This document shows, one piece after another, positions 7,912 through 16,909 of a stretch of 26,636 bases of DNA; the stretch's first letter is position 1; each line of letters starts with the position of its first letter. Location of the stretch: contig CAVAOU010000001.1 in NCBI GenBank assembly GCA_963590085.1, positions 1-26,636 on the forward strand. Reading direction: 5' to 3'. This DNA comes from Senegalimassilia sp. (GTDB taxonomy: Bacteria; Bacteroidota; Bacteroidia; Bacteroidales; Muribaculaceae). The translations under genes were made by a program, and so were the position numbers. The notes below the pieces were generated by a model, which was not told the DNA's origin, made no database searches, and saw nothing but the letters and a program-made list of their open reading frames with translations.

Positions 7912-9048
7912 ATGATAAACCGTATATGTCACATCGATAAGGATTTAGAGGATAGTGTTTTCCTGTTTGGAGCCAGGCAGACCGGGAAAAGTACTTTTTT
8001 GCGCCAAAAATTCCCGGACAGCATCTATATTGACCTTCTTGACACTGCCTTGAAGCAGAGATTCGAGCAGCGTCCAGTGCTGCTCTATGAGATGCTTTGC
8101 GACAAGCCGAGCGGAACACTTGTAATAATCGACGAGATACCTGAGGTACCAGTATTGCTCAACGAGGTGCACCGCCTGATGTCGGAGAAGGGGATTGTAT
8201 TCATTCTGTGCGGCTCGAGTGCCCGCAAGTTGAAACGGAAGGGATACAACACTTTGGGTGGTCGCGCCTATCCCGTTTATCTGTTTCCGTTTGTGAGTGC
8301 CGAGATTCCAGATTTCGACCTTCAAAAGGCCATCAACTACGGTATGTTGCCGCCGCATTATTTGGCTAAAAATCCGCAACGGCGGTTGTCGGCGTATATC
8401 GACGTTTACCTGAAAGAAGAAATCAAGGAGGAAGCATTGGTGAGAAACCTGAAAGCATTTAGCCGCTTTCTGGAGGTTGCTGCTTTGACCGACGGCGAAA
8501 TGGTCAACAACAACAATATTGCGCAGGACTGCGGTGTGAGTGCCAATACGGTGGTTAATTATTTCGACATATTGGAGGACACATTGTTGGGATTCCGTGT
8601 GCCGGCTTTCACAAAGACCATGAAGCGCCGTCTGGTGCAGGCTCCGCGCTTCTATTATTTTGACGTCGGAGTCGCCAACTATCTGTTGCACCGCAATGAG
8701 TTGGTGAGAGGCACTGCCGACTACGGCCATGCGTTTGAGCATCTGGTAATCCAGGAGTTAAGGGCGTGGCTGGCCTATACTGAAAGTAATGAGCAACTGA
8801 GTTATTGGCGCACCTATGCTGGGCAGGAGGTGGATGCCGTAATCGGCGATGCCCGTGTGGCAATAGAGATTAAATCGGTGGAAGAGGTGCAGCCTCGGCA
8901 TCTCAAGGGGCTTAATGCGTTTGCTGCCGACTTTCCCGACAGTCGCCTGCTGATTGTGTCGCTCGACCCGATTAACCGCAGAATGGGCAATGTGGAGTGC
9001 ATCTACATAATGGACTTCTTCAAGATGCTCTGGAAAGGGGAAATATAA
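7912..9048 (+). CDS. AAA_14 ATPase - winged HTH - DUF4143 (PD-(D/E)xK-like) protein
   Basis: Walker A GARQTGKST, Walker B VIIDEI, LCGSSA, LGGRA, HTH-like NIAQDCGVSANTVVNYFDILE, RFYYFDVGV, C-terminal EVDAV...AIEIK. Confidence 0.92.
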   Translation: MINRICHIDKDLEDSVFLFGARQTGKSTFLRQKFPDSIYIDLLDTALKQRFEQRPVLLYEMLCDKPSGTLVIIDEIPEVPVLLNEVHRLMSEKGIVFILCGSSARKLKRKGYNTLGGRAYPVYLFPFVSAEIPDFDLQKAINYGMLPPHYLAKNPQRRLSAYIDVYLKEEIKEEALVRNLKAFSRFLEVAALTDGEMVNNNNIAQDCGVSANTVVNYFDILEDTLLGFRVPAFTKTMKRRLVQAPRFYYFDVGVANYLLHRNELVRGTADYGHAFEHLVIQELRAWLAYTESNEQLSYWRTYAGQEVDAVIGDARVAIEIKSVEEVQPRHLKGLNAFAADFPDSRLLIVSLDPINRRMGNVECIYIMDFFKMLWKGEI

Positions 9049-9081
9049 AAATCATACGGTCTTCTGGGCCGGCTGGCAATG

Positions 9082-9122
9082 AAAAAGTCGGGGCGGGCGC
9101 TGGTGCGCCGCTCCGACTTTTT
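9082..9122. terminator. Bidirectional intrinsic terminator between the AAA gene and pgi
   Basis: aaaaagtcggggcgggcgc-tggt-gcgccgctccgacttttt: a GC stem flanked by A5 and T5 between convergent genes. Confidence 0.8.
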
Positions 9123-9142
9123 GCTGATGATGCGTTATGCTG

Positions 9143-10480
9143 TTATTTCAACTTGGCTTGGATGGCCTTGCTCTCTTCTTCGTAGCCAGGCTTGTTGAGG
9201 AGGGCAAACATGTTTTTCTTGTAAGCCTCTACACCTGGTTGGTTGAACGGGTTGACGTTGAGGATGTAGCCGCTGATGCCACACGCCTTCTCGAAGAAGT
9301 AGATAATCTCGCCGAGGCAACGCTCTGAGAGTTCGCCGAGAGTGATGTGGATGTTTGGCACACCGCCGTCAACGTGGGCGATTACGGTGCCGAGTTCTGC
9401 CATCTTGTTCACTTCGTCGATGCGCTTGCCTGCGATGTAGTTGAGACCGTCGAGGTTGGCTTCGTCAGATGGGATGACAGTTTCGTGCTGCTGCTTGGCA
9501 ACAGAGATCACAGTCTCGAAGATTGTGCGCTCGCCCTCCTGGATCCATTGACCCATTGAGTGGAGGTCGGTAGAGTTGTCGACAGCGGCTGGGAAGATAC
9601 CTTTGTTTTCCTTGCCTTCGCTCTCGCCGTAGAGTTGCTTCCACCATTCGCCGAGGTAGTGGAGTTTCGGGTTGTAGTTCACGAGGATCTCAACCTTCTT
9701 GCCAGCGCTGTAGAGCGCGTTGCGGGTCTTGGCGTAGAGATATGCTGGGTTGGTGTCGTCGGCAGCGGCTGTAGCAGCCTCCATGGCCTGTGCACCGGCG
9801 AGGAGTTCGCGGATGTTGAAGCCTGCAACGGCGATTGGCAGCAAGCCTACCGGAGTGAGCACTGAGAAGCGGCCGCCAACGTTGTCTTCGATAACGTAGG
9901 TTGCGTAGCCTTCTTCAGTGGCGAGTTTGCGAAGCGCGCCGCGCTTTGCGTCGGTAACGGCCACGATGTGCTTTGCTGCGAAGTCCTTGCCCTCTTGTGC
10001 TTCGAGCATCTCTTTGAGGATGCGGAAGGCGATGGCTGGCTCGGTTGTTGTGCCCGACTTAGAGATTACGATGATACCGAATTTCTTGCCCTTGAGGAGG
10101 TTGACCAATTCATAGGTGTAGTCCTCACCGATGTTCTGACCGGCAAACACTACGCGTGCGCCCTGTGCTGGCTTGTAGGCAGCAAACGAGTCGCTCAATG
10201 CCTCAATCACAGCCTTAGAGCCGAGGTAACTGCCGCCGATGCCGATAGCCACGACATATTCGCAGTCGTTGCGCAGCGTTGCTGCAGTCTTTTCGATGTC
10301 GGCTACCAATGCTTCTGGGGTTGCGCTTGGAAGGTGCATCCATCCAAGGAAGTCGTTGCCGGCACCTGTGCCTTTTTCGAGTTTTTCAAGACCTTCGGCA
10401 GCGGCGCCGTTAAAGGCGTCGATCTGTGCCTTTGTGGCAAAGTTTGCCACGTTCTTGATTGATAATTCTAAATTCTTCAT
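9143..10480 (-). CDS. pgi: Glucose-6-phosphate isomerase
   Basis: [68 protein letters not shown]. Confidence 0.97.
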   Translation of the reverse strand: MKNLELSIKNVANFATKAQIDAFNGAAAEGLEKLEKGTGAGNDFLGWMHLPSATPEALVADIEKTAATLRNDCEYVVAIGIGGSYLGSKAVIEALSDSFAAYKPAQGARVVFAGQNIGEDYTYELVNLLKGKKFGIIVISKSGTTTEPAIAFRILKEMLEAQEGKDFAAKHIVAVTDAKRGALRKLATEEGYATYVIEDNVGGRFSVLTPVGLLPIAVAGFNIRELLAGAQAMEAATAAADDTNPAYLYAKTRNALYSAGKKVEILVNYNPKLHYLGEWWKQLYGESEGKENKGIFPAAVDNSTDLHSMGQWIQEGERTIFETVISVAKQQHETVIPSDEANLDGLNYIAGKRIDEVNKMAELGTVIAHVDGGVPNIHITLGELSERCLGEIIYFFEKACGISGYILNVNPFNQPGVEAYKKNMFALLNKPGYEEESKAIQAKLK

Positions 10481-10510
10481 AATCAGCGTTATTATTAATC
10501 ATAGATTGGT

Positions 10511-11506
10511 TTATCTCAGTTTTTCCGCCAGGCTGTCGATGGCCTTCTGCGCCGGCGCTTTCTCGTAGAGGATGCTGTAGACGCAGTCGAGGATGGGCAT
10601 GTCGACGCCGTAGCGCTTGTTGATCTCGTAGATGCACTTGGTGCCGTAGTAGCCTTCGGCAATCATCTCCATCTCCATCATGGCTGCCTTCACGGAGTAG
10701 CCGCGGCCAATGTAGGCGCCGAAGTTGTGGTTGCGCGAGAACTTGGAGTAGGCTGTGACGAGGAGGTCGCCCAGATAGACGGAGTCGCAGATGTTGCGCT
10801 CGTGCGGGCTCACCACCGCCAGGAAGCGTTCCATCTCGCGGATGGCGTTGCTCACGAGCATGGCGAGGAAGTTGTCGCCGCTCTTGAGGCCGTAGATGAT
10901 GCCGCCGCAGATGCCGTAGACGTTTTTCAGCACGGCGCCGTACTCGATGCCGTCGACGTCGTTCGACACGATGGTGCGCAGCGCCGGGCCTTGCAGGCAT
11001 GGCGCAAACGCCTCAGCCAGCGTCGGGTCGAGGCTGCCCACGGTGAGGTAGGAGCGTCGGCCGAGCGCCACCTCTTCGGCGTGGCACGGTCCGCCAATCA
11101 CCACCTGGCGGTCGTGGCGGATGCCGTAGTAGTCGGCCATATAGTTTGTCACCACGGTGTTTTCGTCGGGCACGATGCCTTTGATGGCGGTGACCATATA
11201 CTTGTCGCTGAGGTCGACCGTCACCTTCTTCAGGTGTTCCTTCAGATAGGGCGACGGGATGGCGAGCAGCAGCGTGTCGGCTTCTTGGCACACGGCGTTG
11301 ATATCCGACGAGAACTTGATGCGGTAGGTGTCAAACAGAATGTCCGACAGGTATACCGGGTTGTGGTGCGTGCGCCTGAAGTCGGCGATGCGGTCGTCGC
11401 GGCGCATGTACCACAGGATGTTGTCGCAGTTCTGCAGCAGGAGTTTGGCGAGGGCGGTAGCCCAACTGCCTCCGCCCATCACAGCAATCTTTCCGGGAAA
11501 AGCCAT
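10511..11506 (-). CDS. gpsA: NAD(P)H-dependent glycerol-3-phosphate dehydrogenase
   Basis: GGGSWATA, AIKG, GPCHAEEV, LKNVY, LGDLLVTAYSKFSRN, AEGY. Confidence 0.95.
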   Translation of the reverse strand: MAFPGKIAVMGGGSWATALAKLLLQNCDNILWYMRRDDRIADFRRTHHNPVYLSDILFDTYRIKFSSDINAVCQEADTLLLAIPSPYLKEHLKKVTVDLSDKYMVTAIKGIVPDENTVVTNYMADYYGIRHDRQVVIGGPCHAEEVALGRRSYLTVGSLDPTLAEAFAPCLQGPALRTIVSNDVDGIEYGAVLKNVYGICGGIIYGLKSGDNFLAMLVSNAIREMERFLAVVSPHERNICDSVYLGDLLVTAYSKFSRNHNFGAYIGRGYSVKAAMMEMEMIAEGYYGTKCIYEINKRYGVDMPILDCVYSILYEKAPAQKAIDSLAEKLR

Positions 11507-11517
11507 CGCTCTGGTTC

Positions 11518-13248
11518 TTATTTCTTCACGGCGTCAATCCATGCGGCAACGTTGTCGACGGCTGGATTGGTGAGGCCGAGTTTGAATTTCTTGTTGAGGC
11601 CGCAGATTTCCTGGTGTACCTTGCCGGGGTTGGCTCCCGCGAGGCTCTCGACGGTGGTGTAGCCCGCCTTCTGTAGCGGTGCAACCCATTCCGCAGGGAT
11701 GCCTACGGCGGTGTAAGCCTCTTCGCGGTCGCGCTTGGCAACCTTCTCCGGACGCATCTGCGGGAAGAAGAGCACTTCCTGGATGGTGGTCTGGCCTGTC
11801 ATGAGCATCACCAAGCGGTCGATGCCGATGCCGATGCCCGATGTTGGAGGCATGCCGTACTGCAGCGCGCGGAGGAAGTCCTTGTCGATGACCATCGCCT
11901 CGTCGTCGCCCTTGTCGGCGAGTCGCATCTGCTCTACGAAGCGCTCTTCCTGGTCGATCGGGTCATTGAGTTCGGAGTAGGCGTTGGCAAGTTCCTTGCC
12001 GTTGACCATCAGCTCGAAACGCTCGGTCAGGCCTGGTTTTGAACGGTGCTTCTTGGTGAGCGGCGACATCTCAACTGGGTAGTCGGTGATGAATGTAGGC
12101 TGGATGAACGAGCCTTCGCAGAACTCGCCGAACAGTTCGTCGATGAGTTTGCCTTTGCCCATGGTTTCATCCACCTCCATGCCCTTTTCGAGGCAGAACG
12201 CGCGGATTTCCTCCTCGGTCTTGCCGTTGCAGTCGAAGCCTGTCTTCTCCTTGATGGCGTCGAGGATTGGCAAGCGGCGGTAAGGAGCCTTGAAACTGAT
12301 CACCTTGCCGTCAATTTCGCGCTCTGGCTTGCCGTTGACAGCCACGCAGATGGTTTCGAGCAACTGCTCGGTGAACGACATCATCCAGTTGTAGTCCTTA
12401 TATTGAACGTAGAGTTCCATGCAGGTGAACTCAGGGTTGTGGTTGCGGTCCATACCCTCGTTGCGGAAGTTCTTGCCTATCTCGTAGACACCCTCGAAGC
12501 CGCCCACGATGAGGCGCTTCAGGTAGAGTTCCGTAGCGATGCGCATATACATGTCGATGTCGAGCGCATTGAAGTGGGTGATAAACGGACGTGCGCTGGC
12601 GCCGCCGGCGATGCTCTGCAGCGTTGGTGTCTCCACCTCGGTGTAGCCGGCCTCGTCGAGCACGCGGCGAAGGGTGCGGAGCACGGTGGCGCGCTGCAGG
12701 AAGATGTCCTTCACGCCGTCGTTGACGATGAGGTCAACGTAGCGCTGGCGGTAGCGGAGTTCGGGATCCTCGAAGGCGTCGTAGGCCTTGCCGTCCTTCA
12801 TCTTCACGATTGGCAGCGGGCGGAGCGACTTGCTCAGAAGTTTGATGCTCTTGGCGTGGACGGTGATTTCGCCCATCTGTGTGCGGAACACGAAGCCCTC
12901 GATGCCCACGAAGTCACCGATGTCGAGCAGTTTCTTGAAAAACACGTTGTAGGTGTCCTTGTCCTCGCCCGGGCAAAGGTCGTCGCGGCTGATGTACACC
13001 TGGATGCGGCCTTCGGAATCCTGGAGTTCCATAAATGAAGCCTTGCCCATGATGCGGCGGCTCATGATGCGGCCTGCCACGCTCACTTCGCGAGGCTCCG
13101 CATCGTCTTTGAAGTTCTCCTTGATTTCCTTGGTGTGGCCCGTAACCACATATTCTTCAGCAGGGTAGGGATCGATGCCCAAATTTCTGAGTTCTGCGAG
13201 ACTGTTGCGTCTCACAATCTCTTGTTCGCTTAACTCCAATACGTTCAT
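11518..13248 (-). CDS. lysS: Lysine--tRNA ligase (class II) with C-terminal extension
   Basis: Start [10 protein letters not shown] at 13248 (the ORF-track extension to 13380 runs through the promoter). [48 protein letters not shown]. Confidence 0.97.
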   Translation of the reverse strand: MNVLELSEQEIVRRNSLAELRNLGIDPYPAEEYVVTGHTKEIKENFKDDAEPREVSVAGRIMSRRIMGKASFMELQDSEGRIQVYISRDDLCPGEDKDTYNVFFKKLLDIGDFVGIEGFVFRTQMGEITVHAKSIKLLSKSLRPLPIVKMKDGKAYDAFEDPELRYRQRYVDLIVNDGVKDIFLQRATVLRTLRRVLDEAGYTEVETPTLQSIAGGASARPFITHFNALDIDMYMRIATELYLKRLIVGGFEGVYEIGKNFRNEGMDRNHNPEFTCMELYVQYKDYNWMMSFTEQLLETICVAVNGKPEREIDGKVISFKAPYRRLPILDAIKEKTGFDCNGKTEEEIRAFCLEKGMEVDETMGKGKLIDELFGEFCEGSFIQPTFITDYPVEMSPLTKKHRSKPGLTERFELMVNGKELANAYSELNDPIDQEERFVEQMRLADKGDDEAMVIDKDFLRALQYGMPPTSGIGIGIDRLVMLMTGQTTIQEVLFFPQMRPEKVAKRDREEAYTAVGIPAEWVAPLQKAGYTTVESLAGANPGKVHQEICGLNKKFKLGLTNPAVDNVAAWIDAVKK

Positions 13249-13320
13249 ATATCTTTTCTTTATATTTTCAAATCGCTCTGCAACAGCGCCGATTTTTTCG
13301 GCGTAAAATTTTGCAGACTG

Positions 13321-13352
13321 CAAAATTACGCATAAACCGAGTGTTTTACAAA
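13321..13352 (-). promoter_or_regulatory. Bacteroidetes promoter for lysS-gpsA-pgi
   Basis: Minus strand TTTG (13352-13349) - N20 - TAATTTTG (13328-13321). Confidence 0.7.
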
Positions 13353-13385
13353 AATATCGGCGCTTTTTGCTACAAAGCAAGCGGC

Positions 13386-14897
13386 TTAATTGTTGGCCGC
13401 TACTGTACTTACGATGAGGTCGATGAAGTAGTCGAGCACGTTGTCCTTCTTGCTGTTGTTAACCTTCACCTCAATCTTGTTGTCCTTCTTGTCGCTGTAG
13501 GCGATGGCGGTGAGGTCGAGGTCGATGCCGTAGGCTGCCTTGATGCTCTGTGCGGCTGGCGAGTTCTTCGTCAGGTTGATCATCAGCGCTGCCTGGCGGC
13601 CCTTAAACAGACCCGGGTCGGTGAACGGCTGCGAGGCGATTGCGCCGTTGGTAATCACGAGGTAGTTGCCGTCGGCCTTGACGGTTGCCGTCACGTTGCT
13701 GTCTACCGGGATTGTTACTGAGCCGTCGGCGCCTACTGGCAAGCCCGCCAATGCTGCGAGCGACTTCACGTCGTCCTTGAGGCTCTTCTTGCATTTTGCC
13801 ACGAGGGTAACGGTGACGCACTTTTCGTTGAATGTCTGATAGTCGCCCCATTCCGTCTCAACGGTCTTCTGGATTGCGCCCGAGATGTTTACGCCTACGG
13901 CCACGTTGTCGTCGAGGTTGTTGAAGAGTTCGGTAATGATGGCTTTCTGGGTCTCGTCGTAGATGTTGCCCTCAATCATCTTCGAGTACATCTTCTTCAC
14001 GTAGTCGGGCAATACCGATGCATAGACCATTGATGTCGACTTGTCGAAGTATTTCAGGATTTCGGTGTCGATGGTGAGGTTGCCCGCGAGTTTGTCGGTG
14101 AGGTTGTTGCCTTCCTCGTCAACCAGTTTGGTGTTGACGGTCAATTTGTCCTTGTCAAATGTCCAACTCATGTACATGCGGCTGTTCATGTAGTCCTTCA
14201 TGTGTACGTCGTCGGTTGTGATGCCGTAGCGGCTCAACTCCTTGTTGAGCATCTGCTCCGATGCGCCGCCTGCCATCGACATCACCTCTTCGAGGTTTAC
14301 GAACACATTGAAGTCGCCTTCGCTCATGTTGTCGGCAAAGCCCTTGAGCGAAGCCACCGATTTGTCCTTGTCGAGGCTCGAGAATGTCTTCATCGCGTCG
14401 GTGAGGTCGGAAATGTCAATGTCGCGGAAGCCGATGCATGCCACCTTGCCGTCGAGCACGATGCTTGGCGCGTTCTTGCCGTCGCCTTCAAACGTCACGA
14501 AGCCGTCGCTCTTGCCCTTGGTAGTGTTTTCTGCCACGAGGTCGAGTTTGCCGAACTTGTCAACGTCGTCGACGATAAACATCAGGTAGGCAGAGTTCTC
14601 GTATTCAAACACAACCATCTGTTCCATATTGATGCCGCTCTCGCCGTTGAAGCATTCCTTGACGAAAGCAACGACATCCTTGGTTTTATCCTTCTTCGGG
14701 ATCATCTTCAGGTATTTCTCGAGATTGCCCTTCTTGGCGAGGTCCTTAGGCTTGATTGTGAGCACAGCCTTGGTGTCGTTAGGCACATAGTTGATAAGGT
14801 CGGCGGGGCTGTCGGAGCACGATGCGAACGACAGCACTGTGGCAAGTACAAGAGCCACCGCCATCAGCCGGCTTGTAAATGAGTTTGTTCTGTTCAT
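13386..14897 (-). CDS. Lipoprotein, DUF4836-like
   Basis: Lipobox FASC followed by '[28 protein letters not shown]', similar to Bacteroidales DUF4836 N-termini; 503 aa. Confidence 0.65.
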   Translation of the reverse strand: MNRTNSFTSRLMAVALVLATVLSFASCSDSPADLINYVPNDTKAVLTIKPKDLAKKGNLEKYLKMIPKKDKTKDVVAFVKECFNGESGINMEQMVVFEYENSAYLMFIVDDVDKFGKLDLVAENTTKGKSDGFVTFEGDGKNAPSIVLDGKVACIGFRDIDISDLTDAMKTFSSLDKDKSVASLKGFADNMSEGDFNVFVNLEEVMSMAGGASEQMLNKELSRYGITTDDVHMKDYMNSRMYMSWTFDKDKLTVNTKLVDEEGNNLTDKLAGNLTIDTEILKYFDKSTSMVYASVLPDYVKKMYSKMIEGNIYDETQKAIITELFNNLDDNVAVGVNISGAIQKTVETEWGDYQTFNEKCVTVTLVAKCKKSLKDDVKSLAALAGLPVGADGSVTIPVDSNVTATVKADGNYLVITNGAIASQPFTDPGLFKGRQAALMINLTKNSPAAQSIKAAYGIDLDLTAIAYSDKKDNKIEVKVNNSKKDNVLDYFIDLIVSTVAANN

Positions 14898-14936
14898 AAT
14901 TTTATTTGGTTTTTTATTGTTTGTTCTTCATTGCCA

Positions 14937-14967
14937 CAAATATAAACAAACGGAGCGAGATTGCAAA
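14937..14967 (-). promoter_or_regulatory. Promoter for the DUF4836-like gene, overlapping the upstream terminator
   Basis: Minus strand TTTG (14967-14964) - N19 - TATATTTG (14944-14937). Confidence 0.6.
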
Positions 14968-14982
14968 ATCCCGCTCCGCTTT
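14944..14982 (-). terminator. Intrinsic terminator closing the three-gene phage-like cassette
   Basis: Minus strand GCGGAGCGGGATT-TTGC-AATCTCGCTCCGT followed by TTGTTT, about 20 nt after the stop at 14999. Confidence 0.7.
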
Positions 14983-14998
14983 CTGCTACTTCTCTCTC

Positions 14999-15451
14999 CT
15001 ACAGCCAATACGCCGCTCGGTCGGTGATGGTGGCCGCCAGGCGCAAGCCCGACAGCGCACTTGCCGCCATGTCGCGGAAGCGGTCGCACGCCTTGCTGCG
15101 CATGGCGTAGCAGTCGGCAAGCACCATCGCCGCGATGTAGCGCTCGGCATAGTGGCGCAGTGTCTTTGCCGGCACATCATCGACGAGGAGCAAGGGGAGG
15201 GCGAGCGTGGTGGCGTTGTCATCGTCGTCAACGGTAAACGCCTCGGCATCGACGATGCTCGCCAACTCGCCTGCGAGGCTGAGCCACGCGTTGCGGCAAT
15301 AGAGCGTGAGCAGGCGGCGGTTGTCACTCGAGATTATCGCCGGGCGGCGCTCTCCGTCGCTCATCAGCGCCATGCAGGCGCTCTCGGCATAGACGGTTTT
15401 CAGCACTTGGCTGATGCTGATTGAAATGGTTACTTTGCGTGTGTCTTTCAT
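14999..15451 (-). CDS. Hypothetical protein, possibly a phage head-tail adaptor/connector-like protein
   Basis: True start is probably MKDTRKVTISIS at 15451 (ATGA overlap with the upstream stop); 150 aa, mostly helical. The pattern '..TISIS..QVLKTVYAES..' and 'YIAAMVLADCY' recalls Bacteroidales prophage virion proteins. The product call is inference. Confidence 0.55.
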   Translation of the reverse strand: MKDTRKVTISISISQVLKTVYAESACMALMSDGERRPAIISSDNRRLLTLYCRNAWLSLAGELASIVDAEAFTVDDDDNATTLALPLLLVDDVPAKTLRHYAERYIAAMVLADCYAMRSKACDRFRDMAASALSGLRLAATITDRAAYWL

Positions 15452-15876
15452 TTTTGTTTGATTTTGTATAAGGTTAACAAGATTAGTGTCAATGCCGTGC
15501 CGAGCGCGGCTATCAGTGTCCAGCGGCACGGGCGAAGTGGCGTGGTGGCGGTTGCCGTGCTTGCCGACGACCGTTGCTCCTGCCGCTGGGCTATGCGCGT
15601 GGCGGTGTCGGTAGTGGCGGCGGATGCCTTGGTGGTGCGCCGAGCGGCGGCTATCCGTCTCACAGCCTGGCGCCCGGCTGTGTCGGGCGGATAAAACTCG
15701 ATTGCTACCAGCGTGGCGTCGCTCCCGCTCTCCGTGAGCACGCGGCGGCTGAAGGTTGTGGTGTCGGAGGCAACCACCGTGGCTCCCTCCGTTGTGGTCC
15801 GCTCCACCGCCTTGTGGCTGCGGCACCCTGCGAGGCTAAACAGCGCTGCGGCGGCTACGGCTGTTGCTGCTCTCAT
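15448..15876 (-). CDS. Lipoprotein with C-terminal TM helix (candidate unimolecular spanin)
   Basis: Lipobox LAGC-RSHK, Thr/Ser/Ala-rich periplasmic segment with IEFYPPD, C-terminal hydrophobic WTLIAALGTALTLILLTLY plus basic KIKQK tail. Confidence 0.65.
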   Translation of the reverse strand: MRAATAVAAAALFSLAGCRSHKAVERTTTEGATVVASDTTTFSRRVLTESGSDATLVAIEFYPPDTAGRQAVRRIAAARRTTKASAATTDTATRIAQRQEQRSSASTATATTPLRPCRWTLIAALGTALTLILLTLYKIKQK

Positions 15877-16252
15877 AGTAGATGATTTTTGATGCCTGTT
15901 TCTTCGACAGAAAGTAGCGCGACGCCTTCTGCTCGGCGAGCACCGTCGCCACCGCCTCGGGGATGGTGCAGTTGCGCTGGCTCACGGTGCGGCGCACGTG
16001 CTCGCCAATCTCCTCCCACATCTGTCTTTTCAGTCTGCTCCGTGCCGGGCACGGCTTGCCGTCGCGCAGCATCCCGTACATCATTCTCACGGCGTAGTCG
16101 TAACTCACATCGTAGCGCGGAGTGCCTGCCGTGAGCACTGCCTTCACCAGCGCGTCGCGGCTTTCGTAACTGTCGGCGTCGAACGTGGATTTCAGGCTTT
16201 CCCTCCACGTCGACATCAATTCTCGGTTTCTTTGGATTTTGTGTTCAAACAT
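15836..16252 (-). CDS. Basic hypothetical protein with internal duplication, of a type seen in Bacteroidales prophages
   Basis: Start MFEHKIQRNRELM at 16252. Two similar halves: LVKAVLTAGTPRYDVSYDYAVRMM and AVATVLAEQKASRYFLSKKQASKII. Confidence 0.65.
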   Translation of the reverse strand: MFEHKIQRNRELMSTWRESLKSTFDADSYESRDALVKAVLTAGTPRYDVSYDYAVRMMYGMLRDGKPCPARSRLKRQMWEEIGEHVRRTVSQRNCTIPEAVATVLAEQKASRYFLSKKQASKIIYYESSNSRSRRSAV

Positions 16253-16274
16253 AGTATTGATTATTTTTTGTTTG

Positions 16275-16307
16275 CAAATATACACCAATTATTGGCTATT
16301 TTGCAAA
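16275..16307 (-). promoter_or_regulatory. Promoter for the phage-like cassette
   Basis: Minus strand TTTG (16307-16304) - N21 - TATATTTG (16282-16275). Confidence 0.6.
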
Positions 16308-16378
16308 TCTTTTATTGGTTATTTGCCAACAAGAGTACTTTTATCCACAAAAATTGTCAATTTATCGCATATAAGTGC

Positions 16379-16386
16379 TACATTTG
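16379..16386 (+). promoter_or_regulatory. -7 element (TACATTTG) for the divergent lipoprotein gene
   Basis: TACATTTGCA about 40 nt before the ATG at 16425, followed by an A-rich leader. Confidence 0.55.
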
Positions 16387-16424
16387 CAGAGTTCTAAACA
16401 CAATAACTAAAAATTTAAAAAAAG

Positions 16425-16835
16425 ATGAAATCACTTATCAAATCAGTTGCCTTCACAATGTTTGCGATTGCAATGTGCATTGGCTTCGTTTCATGTGACA
16501 ATGACACTAAAGGCGATTTTTTGTATGATGTAACAGTATCTAGCGACACTTCTACTGCTTCTTACATGAGCTACAAGTACTCAGGTGCAGAGTCTGCAAT
16601 CTTCACTGAAGTTGAGAAGGTTGCTAAGTCTGTTGACTCTTCAAGCACAACTGTAATCATGAACGGTAAGGAGAAAGATTGCCTCAAGGCTCTCAAGGCT
16701 GCCGTTGACAAAGGTATGGACTCTGTAGAAGCAGCAGAAACTTACGGCTCTTTCTACGATCTTTCTGAGACTACTGTCGTAATCAAGGACAAGGACAGCA
16801 AGGTTGTTTACAGCCGTACATTCAAGAAAAAATAA
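16425..16835 (+). CDS. Small hypothetical lipoprotein
   Basis: Signal peptide II with FVSC followed by acidic DNDTKGD; has its own promoter and terminator. Confidence 0.8.
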   Translation: MKSLIKSVAFTMFAIAMCIGFVSCDNDTKGDFLYDVTVSSDTSTASYMSYKYSGAESAIFTEVEKVAKSVDSSSTTVIMNGKEKDCLKALKAAVDKGMDSVEAAETYGSFYDLSETTVVIKDKDSKVVYSRTFKKK

Positions 16836-16857
16836 TCTAAGCGGTTATTAAAAAACT

Positions 16858-16894
16858 AAAAGCGACAGACGCCGATGCGCCTGTCGCTTTTTTT
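16858..16894. terminator. Bidirectional intrinsic terminator
   Basis: aaaa-gcgacagacgc-cgat-gcgcctgtcgc-ttttttt between convergent genes. Confidence 0.85.
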
Positions 16895-16909
16895 CGTCTT
16901 TTATGATTA

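Noticed and set aside
9143..10480. Lower GC of pgi as a sign of horizontal transfer
   Set aside because: It is explained by high-expression codon bias, and pgi is in the usual lysS-gpsA-pgi order.
13249..13380. ORF-track N-terminal extension of lysS; also a possible lysine riboswitch or T-box
   Set aside because: The extension crosses the predicted promoter. The leader (about 70 nt) is too short and lacks the motifs.
15452..15826. N-terminal extension of the 275-aa ORF at 14999-15826
   Set aside because: It overlaps the lipoprotein gene out of frame; an ATGA-coupled start at 15451 is more plausible.
16341..16349. oriC candidate based on a DnaA box in an AT-rich gap
   Set aside because: There is only one box, the region is short, and it is explained by divergent promoters.
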